DNA of 63,042 nucleotides, counting the filler, from Reticulomyxa filosa (taxonomy: Eukaryota; Protista; Foraminifera), in the NCBI GenBank assembly GCA_000512085.1. It is 20 parts of 20 records of this genome, joined end to end, with 100 filler letters (N's around TTAATTAATTAA, not from the genome) between each part and the next. Parts side by side here need not be neighbours in the genome. Positions count along the whole stretch, not along the records: positions 9,134 to 12,563 come from ASPP01044172.1; positions 12,664 to 20,959 come from ASPP01005569.1; positions 21,060 to 25,845 come from ASPP01018644.1; 17 more parts are not named here. One strand, written 5' to 3'. Below, in pieces: positions 12,101 through 24,975 of this stretch. Under the pieces are notes generated by a model that saw nothing but the letters and a program-made list of their open reading frames with translations, did not search any database and had not been told where the DNA came from. Both the position numbers and the translations under genes were made by a program. Positions within the stretch are counted from its first letter, which is position 1. Each line of letters opens with the position of its first letter.

Positions 12101-12563
12101 ATTACAATACGCACTGAATTTGACTACAAACTCATTGTGACTGCTTGGCAGAGCGAGAATGGCACAGGCCAAGTCACTCATCGATTGAAAATGCACGTCC
12201 CAAATCTTGGTGTGAAAATTATCGCAGACCATACGCAATGCACTTACCAATCCTTGGAATTTCATATCTCTACAATTGTCCAATGTCTCCATCGTGTTTT
12301 CGAAATACTCGGGGTTGCACAGATTTTCGTTTGTGGCTAATTCATGAATTTTTGACCGGTTATTGATACACAAATCTAGAAATTCGGTACAAGCTAATAC
12401 TTTGTCTGGAAAGCAATTATAACAAATGTCAAAACATTGGGTCACCTCTTCGATCGACACCGAAGTTGTTATCATCAAATCACTTTTCAGTGGTTTACAT
12501 TCGTTAAGAAATAAGTGATAAATTTTATTAAGCTCAGTAACAAAATTGTTCCAATTGTTGTCT
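9134..12563 (-). CDS. RNF213/mysterin-like giant AAA+ ATPase, internal fragment with several exons
   Basis: YVLTFDNILKMVAI...PVILMGETGCGKTALIKCL matches the RNF213 AAA module (YELTTDNMLKILAI...PVIIMGETGCGKT). Upstream GMGKSYKI, FHLDLSSS, FLFELLFLQ and FFIEIP match the preceding RNF213 module. Confidence 0.85.
10138..10191. repeat. Intronic (CA)n/(TA)n microsatellite
   Basis: cacacacacacacacacacatacatacatatatacatatatacatatatatat. Confidence 0.9.
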
Positions 12564-12663
12564 NNNNNNNNNNNNNNNNNNNNNNNNNNNNNNNNNNNNN
12601 NNNNNNNTTAATTAATTAANNNNNNNNNNNNNNNNNNNNNNNNNNNNNNNNNNNNNNNNNNNN

Positions 12664-14783
12664 AAAAAAAAAAAAAAAAAAATTTACTTGCGTAATTAAC
12701 GGCGCAACAATATTCAAGTCACCAATGAGCACACAAATTAGTGAAATTCCACAACACATGACAGCGGACGCAACCGGGTCACCTTTTTTGTTTGTTTTTC
12801 CAAATACTTTGAGAATCGGTAATACATTGTCATTCGCGACAGACATCAAAACTCGAGGAGCACACAATTGAACGCTCAAGGCGCTGCTCAGAGTCGCTGC
12901 ATAAATTCCCATGTACACAAGCACGGGTACTGCTGCTATGTCCACCATACACAAGTAATTGTGCAACAAGCCTTCCGGGCTAATTGCACCAGCGGCTGCT
13001 ATTCCCATTATCAAATATACCAAAGATGTCGTAAATATCGCTGTCAAGGTGCCTGTTATTTTCGTGTTGCAACTTTTTTTTGAATCCTTACAAACAAACA
13101 AAAAAGTACACACCTCTGGGTATGTTGCGTGCAGGATCTTGCAAATCGGCTGCTATGTTAGCACCGGCCAAGATCTCAGTACAGGCGGCTGTTGCAAAAA
13201 TACATTTTTGTATTCAATAAATGAATTTTTTTTTTTTTATTATGTATACGTCTTAATCGACAGCAACGAAAGAAGGGCGGAACAATACGTATACGCTTGA
13301 ATACAAAGCAAATAAGTAAAGAGACAGAATAAAACATAACGGAAAAAAAGGGACAATGCTTGCCAAAAATCATAACGAATTCCCCCATCGGTGTTGTAAT
13401 GTGGTTTCAAGTTGGCCTTGAAATTTCCAGTTTTCCAACCTTTGAGCCCGAGCAATTGTCCTTTCTCATCACTGTGATCCAAAAAGCATCCGATGAGGAA
13501 AGAAGAAATTGCCAGGGTTAATATAATAACTAGCCAGTATTGCAGCTTGATAACCCAACTCACACCCAGCAATGTCCAAACTAACAAAAAGAGGGATAGT
13601 ATGACACCATATAGTCGAATATCTGTATATATATATAATTTTTTTGTTCACGTGTTACACGCAAACTATTGCAGTTCCATTCAGAAAAAAATAAAACAAA
13701 ACAAACCATTAATTGCTGAGTCAGTAACCAGCCCAATACTTGATTGCATTGTCTCTGCAAATCCAATGACATAAGAAGATATGGCCACGCTCATGCCAAC
13801 GCTCAGTAACAGCCCAATAGCCGATCCAACATGCGGGCCAATGGTTCGACTGGTCATATAATATGCCCCTCCACCCCTTTGCAATCCATTACTGCAAATA
13901 GCAGAAAGTGATAGACACGTTAAACTCGTCGCTAGTGTAGATAGAAAAAGGATTACAATGAAATAAGGCAAGCCGGCCTCTCCCACAACAAAGGCCAGTC
14001 GCAAGAACATTATCACACCAAACACACTAAGCAAGACGTTTACAAATACACCGTTCCATGTACCAAATTTTTGTGTACTCGTGGGAGCTGGTTCTGATTC
14101 TGTAATTAACACACCCACAAATCTTCCTTATTATGAAAATCACAATAACTGCGATAAACAAACAAATCCTCTTGCTTTTTTTTTTTTTTTTTGTAGAGCA
14201 CTTGCTTTTGCTTGCCGCACTCTTTGTCGACCTATCCTCAGGATGCTCATTTGTGACTACTGTTTTCAAATCTTGGGGACGTGATACTCCCATTTTGGTA
14301 TTGCCTGCTGCTTCTCTATCTTGTAGGGATACGAATTCCACATTTTTTTCTTCTCTCAATTCCGTCAATCTCCCCGTTTCTTGAAGAATCAAATACGCAG
14401 TTTCACCTTTTCCACCAGTATTTTAAAGTTGTTGGAAAGAAAATATGAAAGCATGGAAATGAGTTCTTGATAAGCCGTTGGATGGACAAAAATTACAAAA
14501 ATAACACACCCGGTTCAATTTCAACTGTTTTGTCACGTGATGAGAAGGAATGTTCTGCATCTAGCTCAACCTGATAGGACGGTCTTTGTGAGTGATCGGA
14601 TAAATAGTAGGTTGCTTGTGGAAACGATTCGTTTGGATCGACATAACATACACGTCCGTGCTCTTTTCGTTCGATCGCCAGTCTGTGAGTCTTGTTTTTG
14701 TCCCAGTCATCAATATGTGTAGTGGTGGTATCATGCTGTAAGTTTTCTTGGGCTTCTACTGAAGTTTGCTGATTGTGTGCCAT
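12664..14783 (-). CDS. SLC12 cation-chloride cotransporter (APC superfamily), 3'-partial, multi-exon
   Basis: KFGTWNGVFVNVLLSVFGVIMFLRL, LSLSAICSNG...GGAYYMTSRTIGPHVGSAIG, GIYAATLSSAL...APRVL, IGDLNIVAPLIT. Confidence 0.93.
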
Positions 14784-15046
14784 GCTACAAAAAGAATTTT
14801 AATTGTGTTTTTTTTGACAAAATCCTTTGCAAGCAAAAAAGTTTCAGGCCGTACACTTTACCTGTTTAAATTTTAATGCTTTCAAGTGATTGGTTAAAAT
14901 TCACTAATGTGATCTGTATGATCCAGCAAAATAGATTCCAAGCTCAATTTTTTCCGATCGGTAAAATTCAGAAAATCAAATATCAAACTTTACAAACATG
15001 AAAATTAAGACAAATAAAAAATGAAAAATAACAATGAATGTTTAAA

Positions 15047-17507
15047 TTATTCAGCGCCCATCTTTACTTTAGCCACTCGAAAGGCGTGTTCTAATTCCAC
15101 GAGTGATGAATTTAGTGACTTCATTTTATCCAGATGTGCAATCTGTGTTTGCTCGCTTTGTTTTGCAATTGTCTTTTTTCTTTTTTGCCTATTTTCGTGC
15201 AAGCTTTCCACTATTTCCAAATTCTTTTCTTCTTCTTTTGTAATGGCAGCCAGTGCATCGTTCATTTCTTGAGATATTTGTTGCAGTTTTGTATCACTTT
15301 CTACTAATTCCTCTTGCATCTTGATATTTTTGGATTTTAATTCCTCCGTTTTTTGTCGAACAGTATTCCACTCTTCTTCGAATTGTTTCCATTGCCGCTC
15401 ACATTTTTCAAGATGCCTTTCATGTTCTTTTTTTTCTTTCAATTTAATCGTGATGTCCTCCTTTTGTATATGTTGTGTTTTGTAGTAAAGATTTGTGATG
15501 CTTGTTTGTGTGAAAATAACTTGTAATGGTTTACAGTCCGCTGTCACTTTGTCGATGGACTCTCTTGTGGATTGTAGCCACTTCAAATGATCTTGAATTT
15601 CATCATTTAGTGCTTGTAATTTGTCGTTTTCGAAATCAATATCGGTGGCGTTGTTGACTCTGCAGATTTGATATAGTGAAGGTCTATAGTAAGAAGATTG
15701 CTTTTTTTTTAACACCTAACTGGAATTCGATTGCCATGTTGCCAGGATTCACATGATAACCGCTAAATTCTGTACAATAGTCAAAGCACAAAATAAGTGT
15801 GAAATAAACACAAACAAATAAATGTATACGCTAGTGACAGACCTTCATTCTTTTTTTTAAGTTTCATTTTTTTGTTCTTTATTTTTTGCCGAATAGATTT
15901 CAAATCATTTCTTTTCAATTTTAATTGTCGCAAGAGTTGGACTACTTCAATGTTCTTTTGTGTGCACATGTCATTTTTATCTTTCAACTCTTTTCCCATC
16001 GCTGCTTTTGCTCTTTCAACATTTCACATTTTTTTGTTTCGATCATGGTCTTTAGGCTTGTGATTCTTTGATCTTTATTATTACTCTCGTTTTCAATAGT
16101 CTTGTATTCATTTTCTTTCATCTTCAAATTCCACTGGGCCATTTGCAGTTCACCGCTTTTTTCATTCTTCACTTCGTTCATTTTCATGCATTTATTCCAC
16201 CATTCTGTGCCTTGGCTCTCCACAGATTGAATTTCTGTTCTCAATGTCTCACATTTTGCTTCTGTGAATTTAGTCAATAGTTTTATCATAAACACGTTTT
16301 GTCTCTAATGCATACTTGACTCAAAGAAATAGAAAACATATTATTAGATTGGTTGGACTTATTAACACTACCTTCAGATTTTAATCTTTTGCTTAATTCT
16401 CGATATTTGTTATCCTAGAATTAAAAAAAACCAACTCAACGCCAGCACGAAACTACACAAATAAAAACAAAGTGAAAAATAAGTTTAAATTTAATGAAAC
16501 CTCTGGTTTTGCATTTGAGAGTTCTGTCACTCTAATCTTCAGTTCATCGCGATCTTTTTTTTTACTTTCATTTTCTGTTGATAATTTTTCAATTTCCTCC
16601 ACCAATTTACAAATATCAGTTTCTGTGGCTGTGCACTTTTCCTGTTGTGTATAATATTTCATTTTGTCTGCGTACAAAAAAACATCAAAAAGGACTCAAC
16701 TTTTTTTTCATGTGTATTTTTCTCATACTCGACACGCTCTTCTTGCATCTTCGCTATTTTCTTGATGAGATCTTGTTTTTCAACTGCCAGTTTTGCTATC
16801 ATTTCTTTTTGCTAAGTTAAAATTTTTTTTTCGTTTTACACTTTTGACTTTCTTTTTTTTTAAGCGTTTCTCAAACCAATCAAAATCTCAACTTTTGTGA
16901 TATCATTACGGGTATCAAATATTTTTTTGAGATTTCTCTCTTGCGCTTCTTTCAGAGAGTTGAACAGTTTTTTTTTTTCATTCAACAAATTTGACCAGGC
17001 ATTGCTTGCAATTTTTTCATCAATGGCTATCTTTGTTTCATCCATTGACTCCACGTCCTTGACTCCTATAAGAACAAAGAAAGAAAAAAAAAATTAAAAT
17101 TATTGATACATAAAAACGACAACTAAACTGCTAATAAGCTTGAGTTGAAATTCCTTTTCAATCATCTTTTGGGTTTGATTTTTTTCGTTGATGCGCTGAT
17201 ATAACGCTACCATTTCTGCATAAGCACTAAACAGTTTTTCCGAGACCATAGATTCTTCTGAGCACTGTCGTGACAACTCTTTGCTCTCATTGGTTAGCTC
17301 TTTTTCTCTGGTCTAACATGTATTTGCTTGGTTTTTCTGCACAACTACGCTTTTTTTTCTCAACAAAAAGCTATGTGTATAAAATAAGTGTTAAACTGTG
17401 TCCTTGTCAATTTTGCTGATATTTGCTTGAATTGCCTGCTCAATTGCAATCACTGTTTTGTTGTGTTCGTGTAAATCGTTCAGTGTTACAGCACTGGTAA
17501 ATTCCAT
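15047..17507 (-). CDS. Multi-exon coiled-coil protein of unknown function
   Basis: A chain of K/E/Q-rich heptad exons separated by short GT-AG introns. ATG at 17507 (MEFTSAVTLNDLHEH); TAA at 15047. Confidence 0.7.
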
Positions 17508-17886
17508 CCTTTATTGTAATTGTTAAGGAGATTTAATCCAAAACGTTCTTCGTTGTTCCTGCAACACAGCAAAAATGTTCAAAATATTTTTTAAACATCA
17601 AGATTGACAATGAAGATAGATACGCAATTGTTCACAGCCTACACTATAACCAATTTTTGTATTTATTTCGACAAAGCTGTGCTATAACTCTTATCTTCTA
17701 TCTTTTCAGTATTTGAAAATAAGTGGTAATACAGTTACAAAAGAGTTCGCTTGCGAATTTCAGTTTAAATAGTTCTATCAAATACTACATTTTGCATCTA
17801 AAAGTAAGATTAGATGAAATTTCTAAGGTTAGTAAAGTTTTTGTTTTACAAAAGGCCTATTTTGAGTTTTCTTGTCGGTCTAAAAG

Positions 17887-18553
17887 ATGCAATTCAATTC
17901 AATCATGAGAGGGGTGCGAGGAATAAAACCTCGTCGTGTATGTCCCTATTCCCGTGAATTTGCTTCACTCAAACAACTAGTAAAAGGAAGTAAAGGACCG
18001 GAGGAGTCTTTCCACCCAATGCGCTCTGTACGCGATGCACTAAGTCCGTTTGACCACCCTTTTTTCCGGCAATTCGGTCTTCCTTTTTTTAGACATGAAT
18101 TTTTTGACCAGTTGCCAGATACCTTTAGTGCATTGCCAGCGATGAAAACCGACATCATTGAAGAAGAGAAGCAATACCAAGTATCATGCGATTTACCTGG
18201 TGTTGACAAAAAAGACATCAAAATTTTACTAAAGGGTACGTAGAGATACGTTCCTCACTTTGATTTTTGAGTCCCTCTTGCTGCTCCCTCATAAACACTT
18301 TTTGTTGTACCAAGGCAACATGCTGGAAATAAGTGGGGAGCGAAAAGAAGAAAAAGAAGAAAAAGGCAACGACCAAACGGTTCACCGTAAAGAAAGATAC
18401 TATGGCAGCTTTTTGAGGCAATTGGCTTTGCCTGAGGACATAAATAAAGATATGTCTGGTGTTACTGCCAAATTTGATAACGGTGTGTTGCATGTGACTA
18501 TCCCAAAAACGTCTTCTAGTTCCAAGGAACATGTTACCATCAATGTTCAGTGA
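17887..18553 (+). CDS. Small heat-shock protein (HSP20/alpha-crystallin), one intron at 18236-18314, probably mitochondrial
   Basis: TDIIEEEKQYQVSCDLPGVDKKDIKI/GNMLEISGERK...ERYYGSFLRQLALP...AKFDNGVLHVTIPK. The N-terminus is Arg-rich. Confidence 0.93.
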
Positions 18554-19334
18554 GGCCCAAAATCTTTTTTTTACGATTCTTTTTTGTGTGTTTGAGTGGA
18601 AATTGTGCCACTAGTCTGAATATAATTTTATGATTTTCTGTTTTTAGTTTTATTGTACGGGTTTTAAAATGTGTTTTTGATTACACTAGTTGTTTTCATT
18701 AGGATTGTTAAAAGATATTAACCAGTGCTAATTACATTACCTTTGTTAAAATCAAGTCAGTTAGATGCGCACATCAACAATCGAATCTTAATTTTTCGGC
18801 AAAAAAAATTGCACAAGGTTTATCTTGTCTTAAATCAAGGAAATGACATTTTTTTTTCGATGTGACTGCGGAGAAATTAAACTAACACAAAAATACTACC
18901 TCCAAAAAAAATACAAATGTGTGTGACCTGAAGTGCAAGCAGAATAAAGATCAGTAAGATCACAGTTATTTACTTGGTGTCACAATGAACAAGAAAAAAC
19001 ACACCCAAAAAAATACCTAAACAAAAGAAAGGTAAAAATAAAGTTCATTGAACTTCAAAAGAAGGCTGTTTACTTTGTCGGAAGCAAACAAAACAAGTCA
19101 CACACGCATTTGGTAGGTCTGAAACGGCTCATGTTCATCTAAAATATAAGGAAAGACAAATGGAATAAATAGTTAGAAACAAAATAAAAACAAATAAAGA
19201 CACAAGATAAAATAATAAAAAAGAAAAAACAAACGACAAAAAAAAAGAAAAGAAAAATAAAAACAAATAAAGGCAAATAAATTTGTCGCAAAAATATTAT
19301 CACACTTTTGATGACTTTCTTCCGAATTTGATTT

Positions 19335-20895
19335 TTATTCATGTTCAACAGTCGCTGGAAGTGAATCCCATGCCACAGACAAGTCATTACTGACATTGGG
19401 CGTGTTGTATAAACTTAACAATATTTGCATTTTCTCCTCTTGTCCTAATTTTTCCCACTTTTCATCGACTCCTGGATTTTTTGTTTTGTCGGAATGGTTC
19501 TGTTTTCGATTGGTCGGGGAAGAAGTGGCTTGGCTTCTGAGATTGCTGCTATTGCTAAAGCTATGTACCTGAAGGGTCTCTTTTGCCATCTGTTCATTGC
19601 CAGAATAGGTATCAACCAAACGTATCGTATTATCTTTTTTGAGTGAGTTAGGTTGATCGTATTGATTGTGAAACGCAGTTTTCGTTTCTTCTTCGTCATC
19701 ATTTTCCGTTTCATGACGCAGTACAGTTGCCGAATAGGTGGCCGAGCGCGATGGAGAGCACGATCTTAGCAGCCGTGGATGTGCATTGGATTGTTGTTTT
19801 GGAGTGGGTTCATTGTGCATCGTGTTATTTCTGAAACGTCTTGCTTTGGCCTTTTTTGTTTTCGACCAATGTGGGTGTCTTTGTTTCGTCGCTTCGCCTC
19901 TCTGTTTCGTTTCTTCGATATAATCGATCGATGAAAACTGCTTGGCTTTATTCGGTGCGATACTACGCTTATGCATATGAATCTGTCGCTGTTGATGAAT
20001 GTTCGTCGGATTATAATTGGCTGCGGAAGAACGTAATGTGCTGTTTTTTTGGGAATTGTTCTTTGTGGATCGTTGGCAGTCACTTTCACTGTCGCTACTT
20101 CTATCGTCACAGTCGACATTATCGTTGTTGTTATTGTTATTGTTATTGTTATCGTCGTCGCCATTCTCTAATTCGATTTGTGAATAATCAATACTCACGC
20201 TAAGCAAATGGTCCTTCTGAGCAGGGTCATCGTTCTTGTTTTCTTCTTCATCACAACTGTCTTCTATATCGCTTCCATAGCTTGTTGCATGACTTTCTTC
20301 GTCTTGTTCTTGTTCAAGTTCTAGCTCTTCGCCTTCATTTTCGTTCTCTTCGTTGCTGCTTTCTCTTGCTTTGTCATTAACTCTCACTCTTTTTTCCAAC
20401 AGTTCAAAGTGCACCGTTGCTTTGTTGTTGGTTGACGATTCGCTATCCAATCGCACCGTACTGCTAAATTCAATTTGAGACCTATGCACACTTGGATGCG
20501 CACTTTGGACACCAACGGGGTTGGCCAACTTCCGGTAGGATATACTTTTGCTTTGATGTTTGGCCCGTTTCACATGACCGCTTTCCGTTGACTTGTGTTC
20601 GTGTTCACCTCTTTGTCTTTCGACATTGCTTTCCTGGAGCTGCCAATGCAATCTCCCCGATTCGTTCTTTTCGTCTTCCATTTCAAATGGGGGTGGAGGT
20701 GTCGCATCTTGCAAGTATGTCCACTCGGTGCAACTTAATTGCGATTTTGTCGTACGTAAAGCAATTGATTCGATTTTCTCATGCTTTGCAATGTTCTTGG
20801 CAGATTGGTTGCGTTTTAAATGAAGATGATTGCCGGACTTTCTCCCACCATCGTTTGGCTGTGCCATTGTCTTTTCGTCATTTACCGACACTTGC
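19335..20895 (-). CDS. Low-complexity, largely disordered protein (5'-partial)
   Basis: More than 500 open codons in AT-rich DNA, with acidic, poly-N and S-rich tracts and no recognisable domain. Confidence 0.7.
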
Positions 20896-21669
20896 AAATG
20901 CACACACAAACAAAAATTTATTATTTCGCACCCAATCAAAAAAAAAAAAAACACACACANNNNNNNNNNNNNNNNNNNNNNNNNNNNNNNNNNNNNNNNN
21001 NNNTTAATTAATTAANNNNNNNNNNNNNNNNNNNNNNNNNNNNNNNNNNNNNNNNNNNNGCAATACTACTTGGTTTTAATTCATTTGAAGGTATGTCAAT
21101 TTGGGTATCTTGTTCAGATTCGCTTGCATTCAAATCTACTTTTGTTTAATTAAAATGAACTCAATTTCATTTTTTTCTATCAATTTACTTTCTCCTCCAC
21201 ATCTGAATTGGATCTGATACATAAACATTTTTTAAATCTACAAATCATCAAGATTTGAAGAAATTACGATTATTTTTTGAAAATAAGATCATTCAATCGT
21301 TTCTAACGGATTGATCTAAATATTTGTTCTACTTCAAAAAAAAAGTTTTCCTATCTTAATAATTATTTATTATTATCCATTTACTCTATTTATTTTGAAA
21401 TTATTGGAATTTACTAAATTATGAGTAAAATGAAAATATTCTATTTTATAACATACATTAGATTAGATGAAAATATATCACTTTATAATAAATTTCAAAA
21501 TAAATCAAATATGTTAAAATAAAGATAATTAATAATTTTATTGTTGAAAAATTACTGTTGCATTGAAAGAATAGACAATTCTGAAGCATTACTTTATGTT
21601 TCTAGTCATTTCATGTCTTTCCACCTTTTTTAAAAGTTAAACTACTTCATCGTTCCTCAACATTACAAT

Positions 21670-22790
21670 ATGAGTAACCAAATCTTTCAAACTTTGAAGG
21701 AGTTGCCAACTCTACTTTCTCACTTCCAGTGTGCTACGCAAACACAAACTCCTCATTTGTGGAGGCTGGAACAAAAGGGCTTGTTGTTCTTATCATATAC
21801 TTAAAAACGAGGACAAGCTTATCTGTGAGTATCCAAGAGATGTTAGATTACATTGTCACTGTGTAATGAAATTGGTAGATAACAACAACAATGACATCAC
21901 TCAAATCACTTTGTTGTCTTTTAGATCTTCTCAAATAAATATATATTAATGATGAAATATGTAAGTGTTTGGAGTAATATATCAAACAAATGAATTTAAC
22001 AATCATCCAATTATCATTGGAAGGTAATACGGTTAAATTATGATGGAGTGCGTGCAATGATTGGTGGAAGAAACAATCATTTTGTTATTTATCACTTATT
22101 ATCCAAACAGTATTAATGTATTTAATTTAAATATATATCAATTTATAAAACATGATACTTTACCAATTAATAATTGGATACAACATTATTGCTTTGTATC
22201 AAATTCAAAAAATTGAAAAGGACAAGAAATGATGAAAACAAATGAAGAAAAAAATTAACAAAATTATCAAATGTTATTATTTCGTCAAAATACGTATTAT
22301 CAATTGAATATGATGAAGATAACAGCGATTTTCCATTTCATCAACTATCTGTTTGTGATTATATTGAATCATACGTAGTATGTATCAATGATATCATCTT
22401 GTTCTTTGGGGATTTCACTATCCTAATGCTTCAAGTATTCAATTCGAGAAAACAAATGGACAAAACTTCAAACACTTTACACAATTCATTGTTTGATTGC
22501 GTTGCAATATTGAATGAAGAAGATAATGTAATATACATATCATTGGAGGAAGAGATGATAAAAGAAGAACAGTATCAATTCATGAAAACTAAAGTGTATA
22601 TGTGATGTAATAATTTGTTTATTTATTCTGATGAAACGCAAATAAATATGGACGTATGAAACTGATTAATAAATAGTCAAAAAATGAAATAAAATTGATT
22701 ATTGAATATTGAATTTTACAAATAAAATTTGAATGGATTGATGATTTTGATGAAATTATTATGAAATACAGCATATCAAATAAATTTTGA
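21670..22790 (+). pseudogene. Kelch-type beta-propeller gene, heavily decayed, ending in the WIRIL/GWIDDFD module exon
   Basis: MSNQIFQTLKELPT...LLICGGWNKRACCSYHILKNEDKLICEYP...AMIGGRNNH shows Kelch GG motifs with many stops and frameshifts. The last exon 22677-22790 reads SKNEIKLIIEY*ILQIKFEWIDDFDEIIMKY. Confidence 0.8.
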
Positions 22791-23799
22791 AAAACACAAT
22801 TAAAATATCTGTTAATCATGCTATCTTTATATATAGCTTTATTTTGTCTTATTCATAATTGTGAATACGAGCTTTGAATTTATAAACAGGTACAAATATC
22901 AGATTGTAGATTATTGGATATTTTTTTAGATAAAACAAAGATTAATTTCAAGTTTTGTTTTCGAAATTTTTTGTGTAATATAATTTTATTAAAAATAGAT
23001 TGATCTTTTGAACTTGTTTTATTTTTTTCAAGTATTGACATAACTGCTAGAAAAAATAGGAAAATTATCTAATGTTATTTGTTTTGACAATAATAATTTA
23101 AAATATTTTGGTTAAAATACAAAAAGTATTGCTTCTTGAATTTAGGAAAACTAGACATTTAGTTCATTTTAAGATTGAAGAAATTATTGTTTTCATTCTA
23201 TCATTTCTTACACAAAGGGTCTGTTCTTTGCTCTGCTGCTCTTGAAATAAGGACCAGTTACACACAGTACGTTGAAAATGTGCTTTTTTTAAAAAACGTC
23301 AAACTTGAATGAACTGAGTAAGTAGCAAAAGTTATCGTGTTGCACGTGTTCATGCAGAGAAAATCAATTGACTCATTGCTTCGATCAAATAAGGACGAAC
23401 TGTGATCAAAGAAAATGATAAAGAAGTTGATGGAGCAAATAATATGTCTTAAATTCATACAATTAAAAAGAACAGAAAATGTAATGGAAAATGTGATTGT
23501 TGTGTTTATTTGTGTTATGGTTTAATCGGGATCAAATTCATATTTGAATATAGTATTATTTTTTCAATAACAAACGAATTTTGTAGATCAATTAAAGAAG
23601 TAAATTTTTACTACTAATAAATATAAATCTTTTTATCATGTAAAATTTTTTGATTTTAAAAGTGTTTTTGCCCAAAATTTCTTATAAAGGGTTATTTCAA
23701 AGAGATTTGACTGATTAGGTGCAATTTTTTTGTTTTTTTAAAAGGGTGTATGGGATTCTTTACAGTTTGTTTATTTATTTTAATGAAACACAAATAATT

Positions 23800-24030
23800 G
23801 TATTATATGAAACTGATTGATAAATAATAAACAATGAATAGTCAAAGAATGAAATAATATATTATTGAATATTGGATTCGAATTTTACAAATAAAATTTG
23901 GACGGATTGATGATTTGATAAAATTATTATCAGCTATAGTAGAATGAAATAAATTTTGAATAACCACAATTAGGATATATGTTAGTCATGCTGTCTTTAA
24001 ACATTGCTTTGTCTTTTGTTTTATTTATAA
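23800..24030 (+). pseudogene. Second decayed copy of the Kelch-family last intron, module exon and 3' UTR
   Basis: Aligns with 22650-22860 and encodes SKNEII..IIEYWIRILQIKFGRIDD.DKIIISY with two 1-nt indels. Confidence 0.8.
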
Positions 24031-24975
24031 TAATGAAATTTACCAATTTTTTTCTTAAGTGTTTTAAAATTCATAAAGAATAATAAATATTCTATGAATA
24101 TTTTCTTATGATTTGCAAAATTTTTTGTATTGAATGCCTGCTTTTCCGACAATGTGGTATACAAAATATTCGCATGATTTGGTACAAAATGGAATTAAAT
24201 TGCTTTTTTATGTCAATCTTTGGCTTCTTTTCTTCGCTGCGAATGACGGAGTTGCAGGAATTTAATATCATAGACAGTGGAAATAAGATAAAAAAGATGT
24301 TAACTTTATTAATCAAAGATCCACAAAAAGATTGCCAGAATTTGAATTGTTCATGAAATAAAAATAATTACATAATCTAAAGTGTACAAAGCAGCAAAAT
24401 GAAACGAATTAGGTTGGTAACTTTAAAACATAAATGAATTTTTAGTTTTGCTAAGTTTATAATGTTATTTGAAAATATCCACCATAGTCATCCAAATTGA
24501 ATCATGTAATATCCAAATCAATTGCAAAAAGGCTGCTGCAATACAACGACGGTACAATAACAAAATAAAGCTAATTCTTGTCCAAGAGTGCATTTTTTTA
24601 TCTTTCTAAAGAAGGGCAAAGTGTCAATGTTGTAATGATGTTTCAAATATAAAAATTTTGCGATATTGTAGTACTCTTAGAGGTAAAAACTTCATCTTTA
24701 ACAAAAATCAAAAAATTTTCTTTTTTTGTCAAAAACCAAGTTGAGTTCGAACCGGATTATTTCAAGGATGTTACTGTTTTGTCTGCCAATTATTTCTATA
24801 TCACACTTTTGGCTTGGTTTTAAAAATTTTTTAAACAAATTTTTAAATATGAAATACTTTCGCAGCTTCGGGATGGCAGAGCAAAAATTGTGTCATTGAA
24901 ACAATAACAAGGAAACTTATCGAGCAAAAAAAGGACATATTACGGCAAAAAAAAATAAAAATTTTCAATAAAAGT

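Noticed and set aside
17810-17830. GAAATTTC upstream of the sHSP as a heat-shock element
   Set aside because: Only two nGAAn units, which is expected by chance in AT-rich DNA.
24735-24760. GAGTTCGAACC resembling a Pol III B box or tRNA T-loop
   Set aside because: No cloverleaf stems or A box nearby.
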